Assembly (NCBI GenBank): GCA_039621445.1
Contig: CP154954.1
Span: 35,635,703-35,699,702 of the forward strand
Direction of reading: 5' to 3'
DNA from: Euglena gracilis
Taxonomy: Eukaryota
Length of the DNA stretch: 64,000 nucleotides
The notes beneath the pieces were generated by a model. It made no database searches and was not told the origin of the DNA. It saw only the letters and a list, made by a program, of their open reading frames with translations. Every line of letters starts with the position of its first letter. The first letter of the stretch is position 1. Below, piece by piece: positions 19,285-31,200 of the stretch. Made by a program: the position numbers and the translations under genes.

Positions 19285-22200
19285 AGAATCAAACCTCCTC
19301 ATGTAAAAAGGGTCAGAATTATGGACATAAAATAAGGCACCACAAGTATTGCGTGGGTTTGAGAAAATATGTTTGACAAATGTTAAGTATTTCAACAGTT
19401 TAGACAGGACACTTTAGATACAATAAATTTGTAGGATGGCATCCTTTCTAGTATTGTTTCCCATTCTCTCATGTAAAAGTTCTTCTCCATTTGGATCCTG
19501 GCCAGTCATATGCAACCCAGTGACAGCGTCTGAAGAAGAAAATTAATCAGAAGAGGAATCCACCGAACCCAGCCAGGGCCCCCTGACTGCCATAAACATG
19601 TGTCGCAGACCGAGGTTCTCCAGCACGGTGCTTTCAGATTCCACTGGTGGCCCGTGGAGCACCTGGTTGATGAACTCCTCCGTGCCAGCGACCCCCTCCC
19701 CAGGAAACGGTACACATAAATTAAACATGCTGTGACTGTTTGGACGCGAAAATGTTTCAAAAATGTTTCGCACATGTTTCAAAAATGTTTCAAAAAATGT
19801 TGCAAACATGTTTCAAAAATTATTGAAAATGTTTCAAAAAATCTTTCAAAAATGTTTCAAAAATACTCAAAAAATGTTTAAAAATGTTTAAAAAAAGTTA
19901 GATAAATATCATGTGATGACGCGGCGACAACGGCACCGCTGATTTCAATGATGGTGAGCAGGAAGATCGTCCACGGCACCGGTCCTCAGCCTCCCGAAAG
20001 GGAAGCGCTGCTCGGTGAGCTTTGGTTCCTCGGCCCGAACGCGGTTGGTGACCTCGAACACCACCCGGAAGCGATTGCCGGTGGCCTCGTCCAGGTTTTG
20101 GAGGGAAATTGCGAGGGTGGTGGGGGACGTGCCAGCTGCAGGCAACCCCCGTGGCTTGGCAGAACTGTGGTCGCGCCGTGCGCATACTGTCCTCCTCCCC
20201 CACGGAACCTTAAACCAGGGAGGGAGGCAACAAGGCCCTTGATGAAGTTGATTAAGAGATTCAGAGAGGGTGGGGGGCAAAGTCCTGCAGATTGACGCAT
20301 CCGGAATTCCGGATGGATGCAGATCGACCCAGCCAGATGCATCGGATAATTACGCCGTGCACATTTCCTCCTTTTCTTCAATGAATCCCACGAAGTTTCG
20401 TGAAGGGTTTTGCAAAACGATCTACTGCGACGGTTGACCGCAATGCCACAATGTGCGAAACCACATATCTCCAAACCACAAAAAAAATCAATTGATTCCA
20501 GCAAGGAAAAACATCAAAGAAATGTCTTTATTTTCCTTCACTGCGGAGTTGATTGGTCAAATGGGGGCTGGATAGATCAGGTGGGTTCATGAATGGGGAG
20601 GGGGAGTTCTGGGAAGGAGGTTCGTTGCTGCAAAATGATTTCCATGTGGAGAATTGGAACAAGCTGGTGCCATAGAGGAACGCCTTCCACCATCACTGGT
20701 GGGGATATTTAGCCAGAACAATTGTCGGCAGAAAAAAAATCTTACAGGAAAAAAATTGGACAAATTTTCGTCCAGAACTTTTCCCACGGCATTTTCTCTC
20801 ATTCCAGCCCCCCCCCCCCCGGTATCGTACCATGCAGCGGGGCCGGGGGCGGTCCTGGCCGTCGCCGTGGCACAGCGCGTTGGTCACGGCATTGTCCAGC
20901 ACGATCTCGCACGCCAGGGGGTCCAGCAGCGCCACCTCCGGGGCGATGTCGCACGCCACAGCACCAGCGCCCCCGGGGCCGGGGCGTGGGCCGCCACCGG
21001 GAAACCCCCCCAGCCCCCCTCCCAGGGTTCCCAGGGTTCCCCCCGGGGGGAGATATACTTTTCGGCGCCGAAGGAGTGGAAAATTTTATAAAAGGTTCTA
21101 TTTTTAGCATTTTTGCAAATTTTTGGCCGTTTTCCAGCCATTTTCGGGGAAAAGTCGGTGGGTCTCCCCAGTCCCCCCTCCCTGGGTCCCCCGGGGGGGG
21201 GGGGGCCCCCCCCCGCGGGCCGTCTCGCTGTCTGTACAGCAAGGCCTGCCCAGGTTATTTGACCCCCCACCCACCAGGGTAACCAGGATACCCCCGCCAG
21301 AGGGAGGGGATGGTCGCCCCCCCCCCGCCCACCTTGAATGGGTACCACGCCCGGGCTTCTTTTGTGATCAGATGCTCTCCTGGAACAGGTGGGAAAGGAA
21401 AACCCACACACACCACGGCCAATGGGCATCCTGAAAACTGAAACATTTTTGAATTTTAATGAATTTAAACTGGCAAAAAATGGTGTTTTGAGGGTTGGGG
21501 GGGTGCTTCTACCTCCATGTTTTTGCTGAAAAATTCCAACCCAGCTGAACTTGATGGTTTTTTTGAATGCGTGTGATTTTGTGGATTCCTACACAGCCCT
21601 GCCCCGCCCCCTCCGGAGACGCCTGTGGTGGGCGTCGGTTTCGCTGTCAGTTCCACGTGCTGGGGCCAAACTGCCAGCCAAAATGGGAACCGAAGCAAGC
21701 CCTGGGCGAGGGGAGGGGGCGACCCCCCCCCTTGCGCATTGCTCTTTTCCCGCTGGCGCCATTTTCCTGGTCAAATTCCTTCGGCGCCTTCGGTTCCACA
21801 GGAGCTTCCCCCGCTGCGAAATGCCACAGTCGGTGGAGGGGGGGGTCCCCAGGCATTCCCATACAAAGACGGCCCTGTGGCTATGTTGGCCTGGGACAAA
21901 CCCAGCTCAGGAGCCGGGGCATACACCGGGGGACCACAAAACTTTCTCGTCAACATCACATTCACATTAACGTTCACATTCTTCACGTTCACATTCCCAT
22001 CACGAAACCCTGCGGCGGTCCCACTCGGCCCGGGTGGCTCTGGCCATTGCGGCCCTGCACCACATCTGCGCCAAAGGTCTGCAGATCAGTGGCGACGGCA
22101 GAGCCCGCCGGGGTGGCCCGCCCCAGCCCAGCCCCCTCATTCTTCTGCAGAAAAAAAAAATGAACGCCGGCCGAATGAATGCAGGGGGGGGGGGCAGGAA

Positions 22201-25200
22201 GCGGGGGAGACGAAGGCTTTGAGGGTGTGAGGGATCGATTTTGATTGCATTTTCATTTGGGAGCACATGTTCTTGTGCAGGGAATCCTGGAATTTCCTTT
22301 GATTTAGAGACAGGTCGTGCCCCGAGTTATCGTCCACAGCACATAGCCGACACTCAGCACATAGCCGACAAACGGATGGCTGGAAAAACTTTCAAGGGTT
22401 TCTTCCGATTTGGCAGGGTTTTGGGTTGGTGGGTCAGTCCCCCCCCCCCCGGTGGTTGATCCTTGTGAAATAGTGGGTGGGTTTGGGCTTGGAAAACAGT
22501 CCCCAGGTGTCACTATGTGGCCCCATGGGAGTAAATTTTTTGGGGGTAAGCAGGTGGCTCTCCAGTCTCTTTCGGCGTCAAATTTCCGGCGAAATTCATG
22601 TGACCCCCGCCCACCACAGGATAGAGGGGCGGTCCAACTGTCCTAACCCACCCACCCACCCGGGGGGGGGGGGGGTTACGCAGGTGTTAAACGGACCTAT
22701 GGTTTCCACCTGGAAGTCAGCGAGTACAATCCTTGTAATGGATTTTTCAACATGACAATTCAGTCGGTGCAGTCTGTAGTGACTGATGAACACAGGATGG
22801 CAAAGGCCCATGGTGAGAGGGCACCTTGGACCGTGCACCATACCTCTCCACAGTTTGGATGCTCCGGCGGAGCCCATGATGCATTAAGAACCTTCAATTT
22901 CATTTTTGTCACAAAGTGTGCCCATGTGGAGAGGGAACACAATGTGAAAATCCAGGAAAAAAAATGGAAAAAGTGCGCATGAAGGCAAAAAAAAGACAGA
23001 GGCGTCGTAACGGAAGCTTCTCCTTCGTCCGTTCCTTTCCCTTCACTGCCCACACATTCAGACCATCGCAGGCAGACACAAACAAAACTGTGCAGGACCC
23101 TTCAGGACCGCCAATCGCACCGGCCAGATGCCTGTGCGCCTTCCCCCGACGCACCCTGGGGGACCAGCGTTGGGGTGTAGCTGCTGGACGTCATCCGCAG
23201 GATGGCCTCCCGGCGGCGGCACCAGCTCATGCCCCGCTGCAGGCACTACTGCCAGGCGGAATTTGACCAACCCCCCCCGCCCCGGGGGGTGGGGTCGGCC
23301 TCGCCTTAAGCTTCAGCCTGATTGGCGTGCCTGCTGCAGCTGCCCCAGGTCCGCCCCCGCACGGCGGGAGGCCCAGCCCACAGCCCCGCCTGCCCCTCCG
23401 GCGGCTCGGCCGGGGGCGACCCCACCCCCGGGCCGAGCGTTGCGCTCAGGGGTTATTTTTTCTAAGACCGGGGGGGTCACGGGGGACCCACCCACTTTTC
23501 CCCGAAAGTGGCAAAAAAAAATCGCAACCTTTTTCAAAAATTTTCGGCGCCTTCGGCGTCGAAAAGTATATCACACCCCCCTCCCTGGTTCCCGGGGGTC
23601 CAAGGCAAAAAAAAACCCTGGTTGCGCTCGCCTGCCCTTGGTCCCTCCACGAGGCGGGGGGGGGAGGCAACTTTTGGAGCGGATTCCGCGGGGCTGGGGA
23701 GGAAGGCTGGCGTTGCCCTGTCATTCTCTTGCTTTCTTTTGGTCGCAAAAGGCAACAGAGTTCCCTCGGGGATTTTGGTAAAACTCTTCTTTCTCTCTTG
23801 AGAAAATTGCACTTCTTTATGTGAGCACCCATCAGCTTGAGCCGGCTTGCATGTCAACCCCCCCAAGAAATTGTTGCTGGACAAGTGCCAGGAACATACA
23901 CTTCTTGTCGACTACCAGGGGGGAGGGAGGTCACTTTCAACATTCAAACAACCAGTTGGTCGCTTACCAAAACCAGTCGAAACACTGCCTGTCGGTCATT
24001 TTGGCACTGAGACCAAAATGGCTCAACCTTAATTGATATTGGCCAAAAAAACCCAAAAAATCCGGCGGCTTCGGCGCAGGCTGGTCCACTTTCGGGCGGC
24101 GATCACTTTTGGCTCCGAACCCAGGGGTGGTCCGGAGCAAAAAACTACTCAGTCGATCCAAAAAAAACCCCAGTCTCTAACCCCCCGGGTATGCAATGGT
24201 GTGGTCAGGAACCCTGACAACCTCCCATGATGACAGCTGGACTGTTGCAAATTCCAGGGCCGGATCCAGTTCTCGAGTATGACAGCTTCTTGGGTGAGTT
24301 GATATGCAATGGCATCAAACTTGTGCAATGTATCTCTCGCCTTCAGCTAATCACTTTCCTGCCTCCAGATTCCAGGTTTTGTCTTCTTAACCTTAGAACT
24401 ACCTGAATAATTACTTTGCCTTACCTTAACTTGCCTCACCTTAAAATTTAGGATGGGTCCTCTTTATGGTGGGAATAGGGAAAAGCTCCCAAGGGGTGCT
24501 CATTCAAGGGAATGAGCCTGAGTTGGGTTGTCATCCTTGAAGACCCCCCCCTTGATCCCTCAAACTCCCCATGAGGCTTTGCCTCGCTGCTGTCCTGTGC
24601 GCGCACACTTCCGGGTGTACGTTTTGGCTGACGCCAGACAACTATGTGCCCCGCATTAAGCTCCCCCCCCCACTTATGCCCAACAACCAGTGATCTCTGT
24701 CCCCAGCCGGGTGGTGGTTGTTGGACACGTTTCAGCCAAAAAAAGTATCCTCCGATTGGGGGGGGGGGGTCGTTGGACATCGGGGGAGGGGGCAGTTATG
24801 GGAAATGCATGCTTTCCATACAGACTCCAAAGAACAAAACAAGGTCTCATGGTACGATGGCACAGCGGGGCAGGAGGCTGGGGGTGGGGTGCCAGGAGGG
24901 GAGGGGGTTAGGCCCGTTGGTGTTTACAATTTCGACAAAAAGCTCGCAGCACCCGTAAATGAACTCTCTCCAGGCCTGTCTTGCTTTAAAAAGTTTTGAT
25001 GCCCACACCTCATGTGACTATGTATCTGACTCATTGAGGGGGGGGGGTGCTCACAAAAAAGATCGTGCCTGGACAGTCATCCAAACGGGCCCTTCACGCT
25101 TCTGAAGGCAGGGCCTCGCCGGCTCTCAAAGAGGTAGATGCAGCCCCAGGCGTCCGCCATAGCATTCTTCAGGATGGGCGGAGGGCGAAGCGTCGGGAGG

Positions 25201-28200
25201 GTTGGGGGGCGGCCGATTGGGGGGGGGGGGCTGCCATGGAGAACTGGGCGGAAAAAGTCTGCTGTAGTTCCGCCCCCCCCCCCTAAACCCCCCGGCATTC
25301 CACAAACCAAGGCTTCTGACTCCCCCCCCACTCCGTCTGTGCTGCAAAAAAAAAACAGGTCGCACTCACAGGGTGGCCCATCAGATGGTGATCGTAAACC
25401 ATGACCTTCTCCGATAACCTTGCATACACCCGCAGGGGTCGAAAGTGATTTTTCTCGACCCAGAACTGCACATGAAGCCTCGACTTTTTTAAAAACTGTA
25501 AGCGGTCTCCCCCAGGACGTCGTCAAATGACGTCCCACAACCAAGGGGTAGATTCAAAATGACATTCACCAAACTCAACGCACCAACGCATCAAAAGCCC
25601 CAAGCATAAACCTTTGTAAGTAAACCTTCGTCAGTTTGGGCTGACGCAAGAACTGATGTCCCAGGCACCGTCTTCATGCCCCAACCGATAGTTCTCGATA
25701 TGACGCCTCTGTTTACAACATGACTTTGGTCAATGTCTGTGTTCCTAAACACAAGATTTGGCACGTCAAAGCCTGCGTTCAGAAGCGCAGACTATGCCTG
25801 CTGAAGATGGGGATAGCTCAAAGATGGGGGGGCCGGAAACCATGTGCACCTTGTCCTCTTTGTGGTTGAGCATGGAATCTGCCTTCTCCGATGCCCGCTT
25901 CAACGCCTTCTCGCGCTGCATCTGATCGTGCAGGGACTGTGCCTCGATCACAGAGCAGCACCAAACACACACACGCACGCACGCACACCCATATGCAGGC
26001 GTGCACACACTTATAAATCTGATGAAAGTGTGCTGCCGATGCAAATGCATGCGATCCCCCATGTGCACACAGGAAAGAACCAGGGTGGCCCTGGTAGCGG
26101 GTCAGGGCGCTCTTCAAGACGAAGTCCGCCTGGAAGTGGCGGTGCTGCAGGACCAGCATGTAGAAGCTGGCGCAGATGGAGTGGCGGGAAGGGGTCCCCC
26201 GCGGCACGCATGTGGTGCGGACGAAAATGATGGGAAAAAATATTACCGAAAAGGCTCATGGGAAAATCAGATAATTTTCCCATGAGTTTTGTCGCCCATG
26301 ATTTTTGCCCGGACTGGAGCCCTGGCCTGAACCTCCCGCCCCTGCCCCCCCCCCCCCCCAGGTTGCTGGTTGAACTGGGGGGGGGGGGAGGTCCTCGTTT
26401 CCTGATGACAAGCACAGCACTTGGCTACCGTAGACCAAGTCAGACAAAAAATTCAAAACGGGGCTCAGTTCGGGCCAGCTGGGGCATCCACCAGGGTATT
26501 GCGTGAGAGGGGGGGAGGTGAGGGGAGGGGGGTGGTCCCGACCCCCCTCTCCCCGGGAGAGGGGGAGGGGTCGACCCTCAGGTGTAAATAATAAATAAAT
26601 AAAAACGGCACAAAGGGCCGGAGATAATTTGAGGGGCTTCAAAAAATGCCCAAATTGTGTTTTCAGGTGATTTTTCTACCAAATTGATAAAAATAGATGA
26701 TAAAATATAAGTCTGCTGGCGCGAGGAGCCAAGGAAAACAAATAATTTTTTTGGTTCCATGGGGGGTCTCCAGACCCCCCTCAGCTCTGGGGGGGGGTCC
26801 GACCCCCCCCGGGGTATTAAGTGAGTGGGGAGGAGGTGGTCTAGACCATTCGGTTACTGGCAGAAACTCCAGGGGAGGGCTTCTATTGTAAAACCCTTTG
26901 CATACATGGTGGCTATTTTTGGCTGTTTTCAGCTTTTTTTGGCTCCTTTTGGTTCTTTTTTGACCATTTCATCGCTTTTGGCCATTTTCATTGTTTCACT
27001 GTTGTCTACTGTCATTTTTGGTCCTTTCGGCAGGCTTGGAATTTTTCAGCCAATCCATAGGTAATTTTTTTGGACAAAAACTTGCACAATTTCAAACTGC
27101 TTTCAGAAATTTACACCAATTTTGGACTTTTTTTTTGGTAATTTTGCCCTTTTTTCCACCTTTTTCTCGTCACGTTTGGCACTTTCATTTCGAAAATTTA
27201 TGGCGTGATAGGTGTAAGGTTGATGCTCATGAGTGAAGAGGGGAGGGTCGGAACCCCTGTCAAAACCAAGACTCACTTGGGGCCCTGGCGAACAGGATTT
27301 GTCTCCGGGACAGGTGAAAGGGATGGGTGCCCCCCCCACTTTCCTCGGATGCGGGTAGAAGACATTCAGAAAGTCGGGGTTCTGGACGCCACACCAGAAC
27401 CAGGAGGCCCAGAAGGGCCTGATTCGATGGTCGTCCCCAAGCAAAAACTTGGGCCATACCCCGGGATGTGCGAAGAGACAACTTCAGCACACCACAACTG
27501 CAACGAAAAACACATACACCTCTGGGGTCAGGATTGCTCCGGAATGTGGGGGGTCCAGGACGTGTGAAACCCAATGCCTGACAGCGGACAACACAATCTC
27601 ATTGAAGTGCCAGAAAACGACCCGACAAAAAAAAAAAAATTGCATAATCTTTGCTTTCCAAAATCATTGGGCTTTCGAAATTCTAATTTATGCATGATAA
27701 AAGGAAACAAAGGACGATTAAGCCAGAGCAAAGATGCAATAAATTCGTGAACAAAAGCATGGAGAACGTTTGGGTGATGGACATGTGAAGGTTTTTGGAC
27801 AGTCATCCAACCAACTTCCCCTAGTAAATAAGACCAAAAAAAAGCCCCCCCCCAAACAAGAGAAAGGGGGAAGTTCAAAAGACATACGCCCCCGAACATG
27901 CGAAAATGCCCCGAAAAATGGGTGGCTTTTGACATTTTCTTTATGTTTATCCATTTTGAGGGGTTGAAATGAGCATGATTTGAGATTTTTTTTGCTCGTT
28001 GCCGAAATATGGTGCTTTTTGAACCTTCCTGAGGGAGGCGTTTATTCAGCCGAATTTTTTGGCAAAAAAATACAAAAAAGTGGACCCCAAAAAAATAAGA
28101 TCCCCTTGGGGATTTTCAAAAAAAGGACCCAAAAGTTGACCCAAGGACTTATTGGGGAAGGAGGGGTTACAATAATGGCAGCCAGAGAACTTCATTTGTA

Positions 28201-31200
28201 CGTACTCCAAAGGATGCATGGCCAAGTGCCACGACAAGGATTCTGTCACCCCCCCACTTGATTTGCTTTACAGAAGTGAGCGCTGAATCAGGGTAGAGGA
28301 TGGGCACACCCTAGCAGAGGCTCGCACCCAGAATCCCCAAAAGGAGACCCAAGGACAAATTTCATTTAAAAGAAACTCCTGAGCTCCTCCAAAGAATTAC
28401 TGTGGGTTCCTCACCAGCAGTCCAAAAGGTTCACCCAACCTGCAATGGCAACGGGTGGGATCTGAGGTTGGCTTGAAATCACGTTTTTCCTTCCTGCGCC
28501 ATGTCTCCACCCCCGGTGGGTTGCTGCTGCAAGTCCTGATTTTGGCCCGGCCCTGAGGTGTAATGAAAACCTTTGGCGTTTGTCAATGACGGTTGTCAAT
28601 GAGGGTTGTCAAACCTTTGACGGGTTGTCAATGAGGGTTCCTCCAACTTCTCGGGGAAAAAAAGAACAACTTTTTTTTAAAAAACAGCAATTAACTTTTC
28701 CTATTTATAAAAATGAGCTGGACAACCCATTTTTTTCAACACAATCTCAGCTATTTCATTTGCAATCTTTCTGCCATTCCAATGCAATCCAGTTTCAGCC
28801 TGTTAACGCACACGTCACTCACATCGTCTGCTCTCCAAAACCCTTCGAGCCAAATTTTGCAATGACGCAAAATTCCATATCGGGGATGAGAGAACGTTCC
28901 CCCGCACACCCAGTGCGGATGGCGACAACGCAACGATGGGCGCCGGGCAATCGCTGGGCGGGATATTAGTGTCGACCTGCGGTGACAGGTTGGCGATCAG
29001 GGCGACGGTGACCGGGATGGAGAGGTATGTGAGGACGAACCACACGTTGCGGGCAGGGCGGGAGGGAGGGGTGGAAGGGGCGCAGCGGGGGACGCAAGAT
29101 GGACCAGCGAAAAATACACAACAAAAAAAAAACACAACAAAACAGCACAAAACAGAACAAAAAAAAACACACAAAAACACACAAAAAAACACACAAACGA
29201 AAACACAAAAAAAACACACAACCACGCAAAAACACAATAAAAACACAATAAAAACACAATAAAAACAAAAAACAAAAAAATGCAAGTTGCGCCCTCCCCG
29301 CTGCTCTGAGCCTACTAAGTAGATTCCAATTCATGACGAGTCGACTAAGTCTCCCAAAGGCGCATTGAACTGATCACTGCTGAGAGAGACAGCAAGCGCA
29401 CAGCACGCACACTGGACGAAAATACACCTGAGATGATGAAAGAGAGGCTTTTCGTCAACCAGGGATCAAAAGCAAGCTGCAACAGGAGTTGGAGTGCCTG
29501 ATCCCCACAATGTGTGCAGGAGGCCAATAAAAAATCGTTGCAACACACCCCAGTGAGTTGCTCGAAGCCTTACAAGTGTCCAGCCCTGCACGAAAAGGCA
29601 CGAAACTGACGATAAAACCAAAATCAAAGCTTCTGAGAATGCCCACGCGGCTGGACAACAGCACTTGGACTGCATTTTCCTGCGGGGGACGCTTCCACGC
29701 CACACACACCGTGTGTTGCACGCCGCATACGCTGCATAAACACGCACCGCGTGTTTCACGCCATGCACGCCGCGCCGCACGCCGCATGTGACGTGCGACA
29801 CCTGCCAGGCCATCTTAAGAACATTTTGCAGGTACTCGGCACTGGGCACTGAGCACTGGGGGGATGGACCACTGGGATGGATGGATGGATGGATGGATGG
29901 AAAAAACGGACCAGCTAGACCCCCCCTGGGGGAGGGGTCCGGGGTCCCCCGACAAAAACAAATTTCCTCCGGCGCTTTGCGCCAGTCATTGGAAAAAAGC
30001 TTTCCATTAGCTAGCCTGCTAGCAGACCCCCCCCCCCGGCGGGGTCCATTGGAATTCCCGCTAGCTAAATTTGGACCCCCCCCCAGGAGGGGTGCTGCGA
30101 ACCCTTGAGCAAAGGCCTGACACCCTGGGCGACGCCGATGAACTGCAGCAGGTCAAAGAGCAGCAGCAGCTGAACGGCAGCGATAATGAGGTGCTTGCGG
30201 CTGGCCTCCCGCGTGATGTATGGCCAGGCGGGGTTCAACCAACCCTGGGGGGGGGGGGCAGGGAGAGAAATTCATATCGGAGGCCTTCAAAAAAATTGCG
30301 GAAAAATTGTGGGAAATCGCGGAAAATTCTAGAAAATTTGCAGAAAAATTGATATCGGGAATGTACGCATTTCTGCTGGAGGAAACTTAAAAATTTTTTG
30401 CAATTTTGCAACATTGGTGTACCTAAAATATACCAACATTGGTATATTTTGAGCCGTCGTTCACACATTTTAAAACAAAAAGGCCCAAAAACATGACTTT
30501 TGTAATTTTGGGAACGTGCTGTTCAAAGAATATGGATTTTGTTGGCAAAAAAAAAACGAAAACGGCGAAGGACTGATAAAATCTTTGGTCTCAGGGAAAA
30601 ATCTGCTCTACAATGAAGATTTTTCCAAGTCAGAATCATTTCCCAGCAGAAATGCAAAAGAAGCCAAAAACACACAAAAGCCTGCAAATTTTGCCCAAAA
30701 TGGCAAAAATTGGGAAAATTTTGAAAAATTTGCACGAAATTAGCAAAAAGGTACTTGCATTCCATTCTTGCGAACCATTCAAGGAATGGCTGGGACTCAT
30801 TTCACCTTCCATTTCAGATTCATGCGGACAAATTACGGAAAGAGAAAAAATTGCGGAAAAAAAATGCGAGAAATTGCGGGGAGTTGCTGAAAATTGTGGA
30901 AATTGCGGAAAAATAATGGATATCAATCCCCCCTTGGAGGGGGGTCCCAAAGTGCCTTGGAGTGTCTGGCTGTGGACTCGAAATAGGGGCAAGAATGGCT
31001 CTGTTCAGGTCTTCCACTTGGCCGAGTGCCCAGTCCCTTTTGACCATGGGACCCCCCCCCCCCGGGTCGGATCTAAGTGCCTTGGGCTGCCTGCACAGGC
31101 AAACACCCTCCCCCCCCCCCGCCAGATCCGACCACCCAGGGTGGGGTGTCCAGCTAGCGCCTTTTCCCTAAAGGAACTTCTTGGCCTGGTGTCCCTGAAA

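Noticed and set aside
20831-20860. GT donor after ...RPRPRCM (gtacga)
   Set aside because: The only nearby AG acceptor puts the next exon out of frame; the nonconventional junction at 20860 fits.
19948-21091. Plus-strand ORFs (19948-20295, 20654-21091; likewise 18683-19306 and 30071-30352)
   Set aside because: Antisense shadows of the GC-rich minus-strand kinase exons.
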